64,000 bases of DNA from Patescibacteria group bacterium (lineage in GTDB: Bacteria > Patescibacteriota > Patescibacteriia > UBA10025 > JAHIVO01), in the NCBI GenBank assembly GCA_028718605.1, contig JAQULM010000001.1:413719-477718 (forward strand), in the 5' to 3' direction. Position numbers and translations under genes: made by a program. Under the pieces are notes generated by a model, which made no database searches, had not been told where the DNA came from, and worked only from the letters and a program-made list of their open reading frames with translations. Positions 1 to 9,379 of this stretch are shown here, one piece after another. Every line of letters begins with the position of its first letter. The first letter of the stretch is position 1.

Positions 1-1
1 T

Positions 2-583
2 CGGGCAGCAACCGCTGAATACGAAAAGCTTCAACGCAACGTATTCCCCGATCTGTCCGTCGGGCTCCTCCATGGCAAATTAAAGGCGCAGGAAAAAGAA
101 CGTGTTATGAACGCTTTCAAGGCCCACGATATCCACATTCTTGTCGCAACGGCTGTCGTCGAGGTTGGCATCGATGTGCCGAATGCATCAGTCATGATGG
201 TCGAGGGCGCCGAACGCTTTGGCTTGGCCCAGCTCCACCAATTCCGCGGCCGCGTCGGTCGAGCAGAACATCAGTCGTACTGCCTCGTTTTTACAGACTC
301 AACGAGTGAAAAAACCACGGAACGCTTACATGCGCTCGTGACCGCAAAAAACGGCTTCGAGCTCGCAGAAATGGATCTCGATCTCCGGGGTCCGGGTGAA
401 ATATACGGTATCGCGCAGTCCGGCTTCCCCGAACTAAAAATCGCGAAACTGACCGATCTCGATCTCATACAAAAAACCCGCGAAGCCGCTGAAAGCATAT
501 TCAGCGTTGACCCGACGCTCGACCACTACCCGATGCTTAAAAAACAGCTCACCGCATTCAGCCAGGAGTTGCATCTCGAATAA
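2..583 (+). CDS. recG: ATP-dependent DNA helicase RecG, C-terminal part (5' end lies outside the window)
   Basis: The frame stays open from position 2 and translates RAATAEYEKLQRNVFPDLSVGLLHGKLKAQEKERVMNAFK...ILVATAVVEVGIDVPNASVMMVEGAERFGLAQLHQFRGRVGR. This matches the helicase C-terminal motifs of RecG (LxHGxMK, TxVIEVGVDVPNA, LHQLRGRVGR). Confidence 0.85.
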   Translation, partial: RAATAEYEKLQRNVFPDLSVGLLHGKLKAQEKERVMNAFKAHDIHILVATAVVEVGIDVPNASVMMVEGAERFGLAQLHQFRGRVGRAEHQSYCLVFTDSTSEKTTERLHALVTAKNGFELAEMDLDLRGPGEIYGIAQSGFPELKIAKLTDLDLIQKTREAAESIFSVDPTLDHYPMLKKQLTAFSQELHLE

Positions 584-619
584 AACGACGAGAAACATCG
601 ACTTACAACCCGCCGATTG

Positions 620-1966
620 CTAAAGTATGTCCCGGAGCGCTTCACTGAGCGTATCGTACGACATGAGCTCGATCCCTTTCGGCTGCACGCCCATGCGGGT
701 TCTTGGCATAAGCACTTCCTTGAAACCCATCTTAATAATTTCTTCAATGCGCTTTTCCGCCTGGCCGACAGCGCGCAGCTCCCCCCCCAATCCAATTTCG
801 CCGAACACCGCCATCTGTCGCGACACTGGCTTGTTTTTCAGCGCTGACGCGATCGCGACGCACACGGCGAGATCGACGGCGGGTTCGCTCACTTTGATCC
901 CGCCAGCGACATTCACGTGAATGTCCTGATTCGACAGGTAGAGCCCCGCTTTTTTCATGAGAACCGCGATGAGCAACTGGAGGCGGTTGAAATCAAACCC
1001 GGCAGCACGCCGCTGCGGGTACCCGAAGTTCGTACGGGAAACGAGCGCCTGAATCTCGACGAGAAACGCGCGTGACCCCTCAACGACGGACGTGACAACC
1101 GATCCAGGGTTTGCCGCCTTGCGGTCTGTCAAGAAAATCTCAGAGGGATTGGGAACTTCCCGCAAGCCGCCGCGCTGCATATCGAAGACGCCAACCTCGC
1201 CTGTCGAGCCGAAACGGTTTTTTACGGCGCGCAGTACACGGAACGCATGGTACCGATCACCCTCAAGATACAAAACGACGTCGACGAGGTGTTCGAGCGT
1301 TCGCGGCCCGGCGACGCTTCCCTGCTTCGTGACATGGCCGATAACAATAATCGGGATGCGGCTCTCCTTCGCCGATTGCACCAGCTTCGCCGTTGCGGCT
1401 CGTACCTGGCCAACGCTGCCGGGATCGCTCGATACGTCCGCGCACCGCATCGTCTGGATGGAATCAAGAACGACGAGGCCAGGCGAGTGTTCCGTAAGCG
1501 TTGCGATAATCGTATCAACATCCGTTTCTCCGAGGAATTTCAAATTCGAGGTAGTCAGGCCCAGGCGCTCGAATCTGATTTTCACCTGCGCAGAAGACTC
1601 CTCTCCGGATACGTACAGTACCGTCGTGCCTGCCGCTGCCAGCTTACCACCAACCTGGAGCAGGAGCGTTGACTTGCCGATGCCTGGATCGCCGCCCAAC
1701 AACGTCACGCTCCCTGGCACCAGGCCGCCGCCCAGTACCCGGTCAAATTCACGGAGCCTGCTCTCGAGTCGAGATGCGGCTGTTTCTGCCTGGTACGTCG
1801 CGAGTGTTTCAATGCTGCTGCTCCGTCCTGCGCTTTGTTGCCGGCGAATCACTTTTGTTTCTTCGGCAAGCGTACCCCATGCGCCGCACTCCGTGCACCG
1901 CCCCTGCCATTTGGGGAACTGCGCTTCGCATTTACTACAACGGAATATGGTTGTCGGTTTTGCCAT
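620..1966 (-). CDS. radA: DNA repair protein RadA/Sms
   Basis: N-terminal C4 zinc finger (FRCSKCEAQFPKWQGRCTECGAWGT), RecA-like Walker A (GGDPGIGKSTLLLQ) and a C-terminal Lon-protease-like domain. It converges on recG. Confidence 0.9.
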   Translation of the reverse strand: MAKPTTIFRCSKCEAQFPKWQGRCTECGAWGTLAEETKVIRRQQSAGRSSSIETLATYQAETAASRLESRLREFDRVLGGGLVPGSVTLLGGDPGIGKSTLLLQVGGKLAAAGTTVLYVSGEESSAQVKIRFERLGLTTSNLKFLGETDVDTIIATLTEHSPGLVVLDSIQTMRCADVSSDPGSVGQVRAATAKLVQSAKESRIPIIVIGHVTKQGSVAGPRTLEHLVDVVLYLEGDRYHAFRVLRAVKNRFGSTGEVGVFDMQRGGLREVPNPSEIFLTDRKAANPGSVVTSVVEGSRAFLVEIQALVSRTNFGYPQRRAAGFDFNRLQLLIAVLMKKAGLYLSNQDIHVNVAGGIKVSEPAVDLAVCVAIASALKNKPVSRQMAVFGEIGLGGELRAVGQAEKRIEEIIKMGFKEVLMPRTRMGVQPKGIELMSYDTLSEALRDIL

Positions 1967-2029
1967 ATAGAAATTCTACTTTTATCTTAGTGGACATAAC
2001 ACGTCAAGAAAGATGCGAATTCGCCACTA

Positions 2030-3508
2030 TCAATCAAGATTATTGCAATCCAAGGGCAGGCTATCGTTCCAGGTGTATTTTCCCGGTGCTGAACCTGGGA
2101 GATTTGAATTAACAATCTCGTCATGCGCTGCCTTGACCTTGATGACATAATTCCTCGTTTCCGCATATCCAGGATTCTTCACACACTCCCACCACGTCTG
2201 GCCGGCGCAGTCGACACTCGAGCAGTTCGCGCCGCGGCCGCCGTTGTATGCAGCGCTGATATACCGCCACGCACGCTCCAGGCATGCCGCATCACTTGCC
2301 GCGCATTTCCCACCATCCTGGCAACTCGTCAGGTCAGGTTCGCACTTCGCCGTCCGTCCGCTCTTGTATGTCGATTTTAGTGCGCATGTATAAACAAACA
2401 AATCTCTGAGATATTTGCCAGAAATTGTAATATTCGTAGCTGGGTCTTTCAATCCGTCGCACGTGATGCCCGTCTGGTACTTCTGGGCTGTAGCGGGCAT
2501 GAGTTGCATGAGACCGCATGCGCCGGCAGGCGACGTAAGGCCCGGCCTGCCCGAGGATTCAACCAGCATGATTGCCTTAAACCAGTTGCGATCCAGACCG
2601 TTCTTGGTTGCGGTATACGTCAAGCACCCGTCATATTTACCGACATTTGCCGATACGACAACACCTGATGACTTGGGGGTTACTTCCTGATTTTCAAGTG
2701 CTGAAACGCCGCGCGTGACTGCTTCCACGGATAGTTTTCCGAATTCCACAAGCCGCGGGCTAATGAATAAAAGTATTGAATATGATCCGAGCGCAATAAG
2801 GAGGCCCATGAGCGCACCGGTGATATTGTCTTTCGCTTCAGACAGCTTCTGGGGGTTGCCGAATGAAACCACGTACTTCACCCCGCCGTACATCCCCATC
2901 ACCGTCGCAAGGATGCCAACGACGCCTGTAAAATAAACGTATAATGCGACGATATATTCACCAAGCGTCAATCCGGTGACGACAATCGGCACGCCTCGAT
3001 TGAACGTTCCGGATCCGGGGATTGTGATGTTTGGCGTAAAGAGGATGCGTTTAGGCGCTTCATCCTTTGACAAATCACCTGCGGCAACAATCGCCGCCTG
3101 GCGATCCCACTCAATGCACTGTTCGACAAGGGGACATTCTTTTGGATTTGGCGTACAGGTCGGCTGGCATGGCGGTGTATACCCGCTTGCCTTGACGCAG
3201 CTTCCGATTTCTTCAGAGCCGCCTGGCGGTAGGCATACACAACATTTCATATTGCTCTGCTCGACGATTTTGCATTTTTCATAGTTATCGCAAGATCCAG
3301 GATACGCCATACCGTATCCTGACCCCATCGTAGTACAATCGGCTAGATCGCGATCATTGAGTGGAATGCACTCCCCCTGCTCAGCGCCAATACAACATCG
3401 GTCGCTTGCTCCGTATTGCGCTTGCGCCCCTGCTGGAAGAGGCAATGCAAATATAACCAGAGCACACAGTGGGACGATCTGGGAAATTGATCTGATGGTT
3501 GTGCGCAT
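2030..3508 (-). CDS. Secreted Cys-rich protein with a pilin-like two-helix hydrophobic hairpin and a C-terminal lytic transglycosylase (SLT, VirB1-like) domain
   Basis: Signal peptide (LCALVIFALPLPAGAQA); Cys-rich residues 35-135; hydrophobic hairpin YVYFTGVVGILATVMGMYGGVKYVVSFGNPQKLSEAKDNITGALMGLLIALGSYSILLFI (nt 2765..2950); SLT catalytic motif AIMLVESSGRPG...ACGLMQLMPATAQ (nt ~2129..2596). Confidence 0.6.
   Translation of the reverse strand: MRTTIRSISQIVPLCALVIFALPLPAGAQAQYGASDRCCIGAEQGECIPLNDRDLADCTTMGSGYGMAYPGSCDNYEKCKIVEQSNMKCCVCLPPGGSEEIGSCVKASGYTPPCQPTCTPNPKECPLVEQCIEWDRQAAIVAAGDLSKDEAPKRILFTPNITIPGSGTFNRGVPIVVTGLTLGEYIVALYVYFTGVVGILATVMGMYGGVKYVVSFGNPQKLSEAKDNITGALMGLLIALGSYSILLFISPRLVEFGKLSVEAVTRGVSALENQEVTPKSSGVVVSANVGKYDGCLTYTATKNGLDRNWFKAIMLVESSGRPGLTSPAGACGLMQLMPATAQKYQTGITCDGLKDPATNITISGKYLRDLFVYTCALKSTYKSGRTAKCEPDLTSCQDGGKCAASDAACLERAWRYISAAYNGGRGANCSSVDCAGQTWWECVKNPGYAETRNYVIKVKAAHDEIVNSNLPGSAPGKYTWNDSLPLDCNNLD
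2765..2950. repeat. Copy 1 of a ~150-190-nt repeat (~83% nt identity) encoding the pilin-like hydrophobic hairpin
   Basis: Aligned with 5562..5762 on the same strand; blocks such as tttcgcttc, agcttctgggggttgccgaa, ccgccgtacatccccatcac and ggatgcc..acgac are identical. Confidence 0.7.
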
Positions 3509-3512
3509 GTGC

Positions 3513-4781
3513 TTACTTTATCTGAATGGAATATACATTCGACGTATTCGCATCGATAAAATTCAAGTGTTTTTCATCTGCCGTCAGGAACACAGACGAT
3601 ACCGTATAATCACGCTGTCCGTCGTCAAACGCGGGTACGGCCAGCACCGTTGAGGTACCGGTGTTTGTATCAATTCGGTACATGACATCATTCGTATTCG
3701 TCGCTGTTTCTGGAACCAGGCCACTGCCCTCCGGCAGGCTCTGGGGCACCGCGCAATATGCAGCATTTTCGAGCTTCGCGAACGCGCACTTCGTCGACCA
3801 CGTGCGCAAACCGAGCCGCATATGGTTCGCGCCCGTCATATCACCTGATGAATCAACGAGATACAGCACCGGCTGGAAATCAGATTCGCTCGTAAACACG
3901 CTGTACAGGAGCTGTGTACCATCGGCAGACCATGTGCCTTCGAAACCGCGGCCATACGTCACGACGGATTTAAAATTTTCGCCAAAAAGCCCGATAGGAT
4001 ACACTTCCTGCGCTGTCGCATCGTTTGATTCGCGGTATAGGGCGAGTACCTGGCCGTTTGGGGACCAATTCACGTCTACATCTCTCTCTTTATCGCCGAT
4101 CGGCTCAATAAGCTGCACTTCGGACCCGTCTGATTTTGAATAAGCGAGCCAGCGGTCACCCTCATCATCCGATAAATTTTTGAAGCCGATCTTCGTTCCT
4201 GTTGGGTCAAACTCCGTATCATCCCATGTTTTCGGGAGCGTCACCTGCGTCTCATTCTCAAAATCATACACAATCTTGCTGTCGTCCGGGAATGTGATGA
4301 TTGCTTTATCCTGGGCTGGGGACCAATCAATCTCTTCGGCTTCAGGAAATGCCTTGTCCGACATTTCTGTTGCATTCCCGTTTTCATCGATAGTATAAAA
4401 CTTGCCCCGCCGCTCATCATAGTAACGCATGCCTTTACCACTCAACGCAGGCTCCGCGGCTTTTACACTCCGTGACACTGCGGGTGTTGCGGTGGTTTCG
4501 CCGCCTCCAGCTATCGGCGTCACTCCGCCGGCGTTCACATTCTGAAGTGTCGGAATATTCACTGGAGCATTTGTGTTCGCAACATTCACCCGGTTCATGT
4601 TTCCGGTCCCATTAATTGATGGCAAGTTCCCGTTCAGAGCGCCATTGGTGGGTACATTCACGTTCTCATTTTCATTACCTGGCGCGAAAACATCTCTGCC
4701 GATAACAAAGTAAATGAGGGCGCCGAGTGCGATGATGAGAACAATAAAAGCGATGATTAAAAGTACGCGCTTGGATTGCAT
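3513..4781 (-). CDS. Membrane-anchored PD40/TolB-like beta-propeller protein with an Asn-rich linker
   Basis: N-terminal TM helix (LLIIAFIVLIIALGALIYFVI), an N/T/G-rich low-complexity linker, then repeats of the WSPNGQ..LAL / WSADGTQLLY type typical of PD40 propeller blades. Confidence 0.5.
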   Translation of the reverse strand: MQSKRVLLIIAFIVLIIALGALIYFVIGRDVFAPGNENENVNVPTNGALNGNLPSINGTGNMNRVNVANTNAPVNIPTLQNVNAGGVTPIAGGGETTATPAVSRSVKAAEPALSGKGMRYYDERRGKFYTIDENGNATEMSDKAFPEAEEIDWSPAQDKAIITFPDDSKIVYDFENETQVTLPKTWDDTEFDPTGTKIGFKNLSDDEGDRWLAYSKSDGSEVQLIEPIGDKERDVDVNWSPNGQVLALYRESNDATAQEVYPIGLFGENFKSVVTYGRGFEGTWSADGTQLLYSVFTSESDFQPVLYLVDSSGDMTGANHMRLGLRTWSTKCAFAKLENAAYCAVPQSLPEGSGLVPETATNTNDVMYRIDTNTGTSTVLAVPAFDDGQRDYTVSSVFLTADEKHLNFIDANTSNVYSIQIK

Positions 4782-4892
4782 ATAGTATAGTATTTATAAT
4801 TTTTAATGAAGCACATACCCAAAGATTGGGGAGTCGATCGTATACGATTCAATAATTCTTTTTCTGCCGATTCAACATTCGGCGCATCAATT

Positions 4893-6011
4893 CTAATAGC
4901 AACGGGCTCCCTGAAATGCGCCAAGCAAATCTGGATCTCCTGGTTTCATGTCCTCGGCCGTAAAAATATGGTATCCGTACTTCTCTTCGCCGCCAAACAG
5001 TATTAAGCAGCTCTTCTTATCGCCTTCGCACTCTTTACCAATCACCAACTTACCAGTAGGCCATGCACCTTTGGCAATATATCCGCATGGCTCATTTCTT
5101 GTTACATGAGCATCACTTGTTTCCCCCTCATAATAGATCGGCCACGATTTAAATGCTCGAATCTCCTTACCCGCATCATTCGACATCGCAATACAAATCT
5201 CATCATCACTAGAATGCACGCCTTGGCATTCATCCTTGCCGTCTTTGTCCCAAATAAAGCCGCACGATTGGTATATTCGCTCCATGCAAAAATTCATGCC
5301 TTCCCACTGTGCCGTGCACCGGGGAATGCCGGTAAACGGATCCCGCACACAATATTGCTCCTTAAGCTCGCAATCAGTGCCCTTGTAATAACAGCGTTTG
5401 CCTTTTAAATTGCCAGCCGAGGTGATTGTGCCCTCTGTGCCACAGGTTTCCTGAGGCAACGGCGGGTCTACGACCAAGCCTTGGCTGACATACTCTTCGC
5501 AAAAATCTTCTACCTGTTGAATTTTACCAACATCAAGCGTCCCCAATATCGTCAGATTTGGATTAATAAAATACAGGATGCTGTACGACCCGAGCCCGAT
5601 CAGGAGACCCATAAGGGCGCCAGTAATCGTATCTTTCGCTTCGGATAGCTTCTGGGGGTTGCCGAACGAGATCACGTACTTTACGCCGCCGTACATCCCC
5701 ATCACGGTCGCCAGGATGCCGATGACACCCATAAAATAAATGTACAAGCCGGCAATATAGCAGCCCATATTCTTTACGTAGTGCCCGGTTGCGGTGCCAT
5801 CGCCGGTCGCCAGATCAATGGTAACATTGGGTATGGCGATATTGACACGGATCGCACTCCCATCGTTCACGTCAGTCTGGGTAATCGCACAACTCGGATT
5901 AAACGTCGTAAGCCATGTTTGCGCGCTCGCTAAAAGCGGTGCGGACACAAGCACGACCGCAATGATCAATCCCATGAATTTTCCTGCTTTTATCTTTTTC
6001 TCGGCGCGCAT
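4893..6011 (-). CDS. Secreted Cys-rich protein with a pilin-like hydrophobic hairpin (paralog of the hairpin in 2030..3508)
   Basis: Signal peptide; hairpin YIYFMGVIGILATVMGMYGGVKYVISFGNPQKLSEAKDTITGALMGLLIGLGSYSILYFI (nt 5562..5762) is nearly identical to the one in 2030..3508; C-terminal domain has many Cys. Confidence 0.5.
   Translation of the reverse strand: MRAEKKIKAGKFMGLIIAVVLVSAPLLASAQTWLTTFNPSCAITQTDVNDGSAIRVNIAIPNVTIDLATGDGTATGHYVKNMGCYIAGLYIYFMGVIGILATVMGMYGGVKYVISFGNPQKLSEAKDTITGALMGLLIGLGSYSILYFINPNLTILGTLDVGKIQQVEDFCEEYVSQGLVVDPPLPQETCGTEGTITSAGNLKGKRCYYKGTDCELKEQYCVRDPFTGIPRCTAQWEGMNFCMERIYQSCGFIWDKDGKDECQGVHSSDDEICIAMSNDAGKEIRAFKSWPIYYEGETSDAHVTRNEPCGYIAKGAWPTGKLVIGKECEGDKKSCLILFGGEEKYGYHIFTAEDMKPGDPDLLGAFQGARCY
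5562..5762. repeat. Copy 2 of the hairpin-encoding repeat
   Basis: See copy 1; the flanking domains of the two host genes are unrelated. Confidence 0.7.
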
Positions 6012-6056
6012 ACCCGCACTTTGTATTTAAATACTATAGCCTTTCAAGATGTACTG

Positions 6057-6728
6057 CTACTCGTGTCCCTGTGACGGCAAGAGGTCATTGATGTTAATAT
6101 TTGTGTTTGTCGAATTTGTATTTGCAGAAGGCGCTGCTGGTGTTATGCCTTCGCTGCCCCAGGTCGCTTCATCGACGAGCCAGGAGTTGCCTTCCTTCAA
6201 AAACTGAAGCTCGATATCCTGGTAGTACGTACCCTTGGCCGTGCCCTGCTCCGCACGCTGAGTGCTCAAAACGACATTTGCTCTCGTACCCGCAATTTCT
6301 ACGTCCTTCGTCGAAACAACCTTGGTGAACACCGAAGCAAACGCAGTTTCGCCGCGAGCAAGCTGCACGCGGATAAAGTCTTCGGAAACACTCTGCATCG
6401 TCGCAGTCATGTACGGCCGCAGGTCCAGAATATTCTGATATTTCGCTTCGCTGGAATAGCTCCCGTATCGTTCAGTAAAAAAATTCGCGAGCCTGACGAG
6501 CGTCAGTTCTTCGGGATCCGCGTTTGTATTTTGCCCCGGGACTGCTGTGTTCACCGTTGAATTCACGACTGGCACGGCACCGTTGGTATTCGTAACGGGG
6601 GCGGTATTATTCGTCGGTGTGTCGCCGTCCCTGAAAAACTGCCACCATACAAAAAATGCAATCACGAGAACGGCGCCCAGAGCGATAAGGATGATAATAA
6701 AATTTTTCCGCTTCTGTTCTTGATCCAT
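6057..6728 (-). CDS. Bitopic membrane protein with an Asn/Thr-rich linker (possibly a VirB8-like NTF2-fold periplasmic domain; speculative)
   Basis: N-terminal TM (FIIILIALGAVLVIAFFVWWQFF), an N/T-rich linker, and a ~130-aa C-terminal globular domain. It sits directly downstream of the VirB4-like gene. Confidence 0.4.
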   Translation of the reverse strand: MDQEQKRKNFIIILIALGAVLVIAFFVWWQFFRDGDTPTNNTAPVTNTNGAVPVVNSTVNTAVPGQNTNADPEELTLVRLANFFTERYGSYSSEAKYQNILDLRPYMTATMQSVSEDFIRVQLARGETAFASVFTKVVSTKDVEIAGTRANVVLSTQRAEQGTAKGTYYQDIELQFLKEGNSWLVDEATWGSEGITPAAPSANTNSTNTNININDLLPSQGHE

Positions 6729-6766
6729 AGGAAACTATTTTAGACAATTTTATACCAAAAGAGATG

Positions 6767-8668
6767 CTACTGTTGCTGTTGCTCTTCTTGCTCTTCCTGA
6801 GATTGCTCAAACTCCTTTTTCGCCTGCTCAATCTCCAAGAGCTGCCGCGGGTCGGACGTGATGATCTGGTCCTCAGTGTACGATGCCACAACCTTGATTG
6901 CCGCATGTTTCGCACCAGCAAAGAATATGCCTTCGCCGACTCCGCACTCGAGCAATAAATATTTTTCCCCTTCGGTGAGGAGGAATGTTTTTGCGATGAG
7001 ATCGATGGAGGCTGGCGACTGCTTCATCAGGAGCTGGATTGCGGAATTCGTCACGATCGCCTGGCCATACGGCGAACGGAGAAAGTCATTCACGTCCTGG
7101 GTAATCGTCGTAACGCCGAGATAGTATTTTCGGCAGCGCTTCACGAGGGCGTAAATGAACTTCGCCGACTCTTCCTGCTGCATAAGCCACCATGCTTCGT
7201 CGATTACCATGATGCGTTTTTTTAGCGCAGAACGCACGGTATTCCAGATATACGATACGATAAGGGAAATGCCGATCGGCTTCAACTCATCCTCCAGGTC
7301 ACGAACCGAGAAGACAACAAGCTGGTTGTTCAGTTCAACGTTGGTCGGATTATTCAGTAAACCGGCAAACGTGCCTTCGGTGTACTTTTTCAGGCGCGTT
7401 ACCAGCTCTTCGGCGCCAACCATGCCCTCAAGAACTTCTTCAAAATCCTTAAAGAGCGGCGGTTCAACGCGCGTTAAGTCTGCATCCGCAGTAATATCTT
7501 TCTTCGCGTACGTTTCGATGAGCGCGCGGTCAATGATAGAATCTTCCTCGTGGGTAAAAGTACCGAGCATCAAGCGCAGGAGGCCTTTTAGGGTGATCAC
7601 GGCGGAACGGATGATATCGGCGGTCTTTTCGTCTTTCCTGGTCGGCCGAGGCAGGTCAAATGGATTGATTTTGCTTTCTGAGCTCAATGAGATATTGATA
7701 TAGGTACCACCGACAGCGTCAGACAAATACTTATACTCCATTTCAGGATCAATGACGATCACGTCCGTACCGAGCATCATGCTCCGCAAAATTTCAAGCT
7801 TGACCGCGTAACTCTTGCCGGCGCCGGAAGTAGCGAATACTACGCTGTTTGCATTCTGCAGGCTAAACCGGTCAAAAAGAATCAAGCTGTTGTTGTGGCG
7901 ATTAATGCCGTAGAGAATGCCGTTATCGCTCGTTAGTTCCGAGGAAATAAACGGAAATGACGATGCGCATGGCGATGAACTCATATTGAATCCGATTCCG
8001 AGCTCATCTTCGGCGATCGGGAGCGTCGAGGTGAATCCCTGCTCGGCCTGGTAAAATACGCGCTTCGTATACACGAGCCGCGACCCGAAGAATGATTCAA
8101 CCTTCTCGGTAATTTTATCCAAATCTTCCTTCGACTTTGCGTACACTGTGATGTACAGCGCGTACTGGAAAAACCGCTCAACACCCTGCGTCAGGTCATC
8201 CCGTAATTTCTCGATATCACGGAGTGCCGTCTCGCGAATCGGGTCACGCGGCGCGCCCTTTTCCGCGTCAGCTAAAATCTGGGCTTCGAGGGTGCCTACT
8301 TTGTTCCGGAGCTGCTTCAGAATCACCTCAGCACCGATCGGGTAGAAAAACATCGATATGTCGAGCGGCACGTTGAGATTGATAATCGGCGCAAACCACC
8401 CAACGCGGATATATCGTGGGTACGTGACCACAAACATCGTACGGACAAACTGCGAACCAAGCTCAAGATAACGGGACTCGATCTTCATTGCAGCGGGCGC
8501 GATCAGGTCGCGGACCGTCACGACACCGCGGCGGTATACCTTTTCGGCCTCGATCAGGGTTTTTTTCTCCTCCAGCTGCTCCTGCTTCAAACGCTCCTGC
8601 TCTTCGGGAGACAGATCAGGAGCCGCCTCGGTCGGGATTGCCTTTCTGGATTTAAATAGCTCTACCAT
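6767..8668 (-). CDS. Type IV secretion ATPase of the VirB4/TrsE/PrgJ family
   Basis: N-terminal region typical of Gram-positive VirB4-like proteins (VTVRDLIAPAAMKIESRYLELGSQFVRTMFVVTYPRYIRVGW); Walker A VVFATSGAGKSYAV; Walker B/DEAW motif IMVIDEAWWLM. Confidence 0.8.
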   Translation of the reverse strand: MVELFKSRKAIPTEAAPDLSPEEQERLKQEQLEEKKTLIEAEKVYRRGVVTVRDLIAPAAMKIESRYLELGSQFVRTMFVVTYPRYIRVGWFAPIINLNVPLDISMFFYPIGAEVILKQLRNKVGTLEAQILADAEKGAPRDPIRETALRDIEKLRDDLTQGVERFFQYALYITVYAKSKEDLDKITEKVESFFGSRLVYTKRVFYQAEQGFTSTLPIAEDELGIGFNMSSSPCASSFPFISSELTSDNGILYGINRHNNSLILFDRFSLQNANSVVFATSGAGKSYAVKLEILRSMMLGTDVIVIDPEMEYKYLSDAVGGTYINISLSSESKINPFDLPRPTRKDEKTADIIRSAVITLKGLLRLMLGTFTHEEDSIIDRALIETYAKKDITADADLTRVEPPLFKDFEEVLEGMVGAEELVTRLKKYTEGTFAGLLNNPTNVELNNQLVVFSVRDLEDELKPIGISLIVSYIWNTVRSALKKRIMVIDEAWWLMQQEESAKFIYALVKRCRKYYLGVTTITQDVNDFLRSPYGQAIVTNSAIQLLMKQSPASIDLIAKTFLLTEGEKYLLLECGVGEGIFFAGAKHAAIKVVASYTEDQIITSDPRQLLEIEQAKKEFEQSQEEQEEQQQQ

Positions 8669-8673
8669 GATTT

Positions 8674-9363
8674 TTATTCGAGATTCAGCTTATTTATATC
8701 ATCCAAGCGCTGCTGGTCATATGTATCGGGATTGTACGTATTGTAGTACAGCTCAATCAACCCCTGCGTATCAAGGACGGCCGCTTTGAGCCCGATTGAA
8801 CTCAGTCCATCGATGATGTATTCCAACCGCTTCGCAAGTTCGATGCGGTTCTTCTCAAACTTTTTCTGCTTGATGCTGATAACAGTAGTTGGCGACGCGG
8901 CTTCCTTCAGTCGCGCAAGGAAACCTTTTGACCGGATTGATCCGCCGGTATACGGCACAATAATATAAAACCGTTTGCTCATAATATCGGCGAGCGACAC
9001 AAGCTCGGCTACATACTGGCGATACTCACGCGTCTGGACTTTCAGAAGTTCGTTTGTCTGCTCCTTCTCGATCGCTTTCAAGCGGTCAAGGTAGTCATCG
9101 ATATTCAGTTTGCGTGACTGGATGACGATTTGGAGCGGAAAATCAAGCGTATTGAGAAACTGAATATACCCCTGGATGACCGCGTTTTGTTCGTCTTCGG
9201 ACTTCAGCGCGAAATTGATGGACGAAACGAGAATGATGCCGCGAAGCGTACCGTCCTTGAGAATAACGGTATCGTCCCGTATCTCGAGGATCGGCAAATA
9301 CTGCTGCGTCGATGGCCGATGCAGCGGCTTCCTAATTTTATCCTGCTGTTTCTTCTCTGCCAT
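8674..9363 (-). CDS. Hypothetical T4SS-associated protein (resembles the N-terminal domain of VirB4-family proteins)
   Basis: ORF lies 5 nt upstream of the VirB4-like gene; the segment YLPILEIRDDTVILKDGTLRGIILVSSINFALKSEDEQ is reminiscent of VirB4 N-termini. I chose the start at the second Met (MAEKK) to avoid a 41-nt overlap with the upstream gene. Confidence 0.45.
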   Translation of the reverse strand: MAEKKQQDKIRKPLHRPSTQQYLPILEIRDDTVILKDGTLRGIILVSSINFALKSEDEQNAVIQGYIQFLNTLDFPLQIVIQSRKLNIDDYLDRLKAIEKEQTNELLKVQTREYRQYVAELVSLADIMSKRFYIIVPYTGGSIRSKGFLARLKEAASPTTVISIKQKKFEKNRIELAKRLEYIIDGLSSIGLKAAVLDTQGLIELYYNTYNPDTYDQQRLDDINKLNLE

Positions 9364-9379
9364 AAAAGCGTCCGTTGGT

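Noticed and set aside
1092-1970. 292-aa plus-strand ORF antisense to radA, and several similar ORFs at 1111..1672
   Set aside because: They fully overlap a motif-verified radA and give Arg/Ser/Pro-rich low-complexity translations with no motifs.
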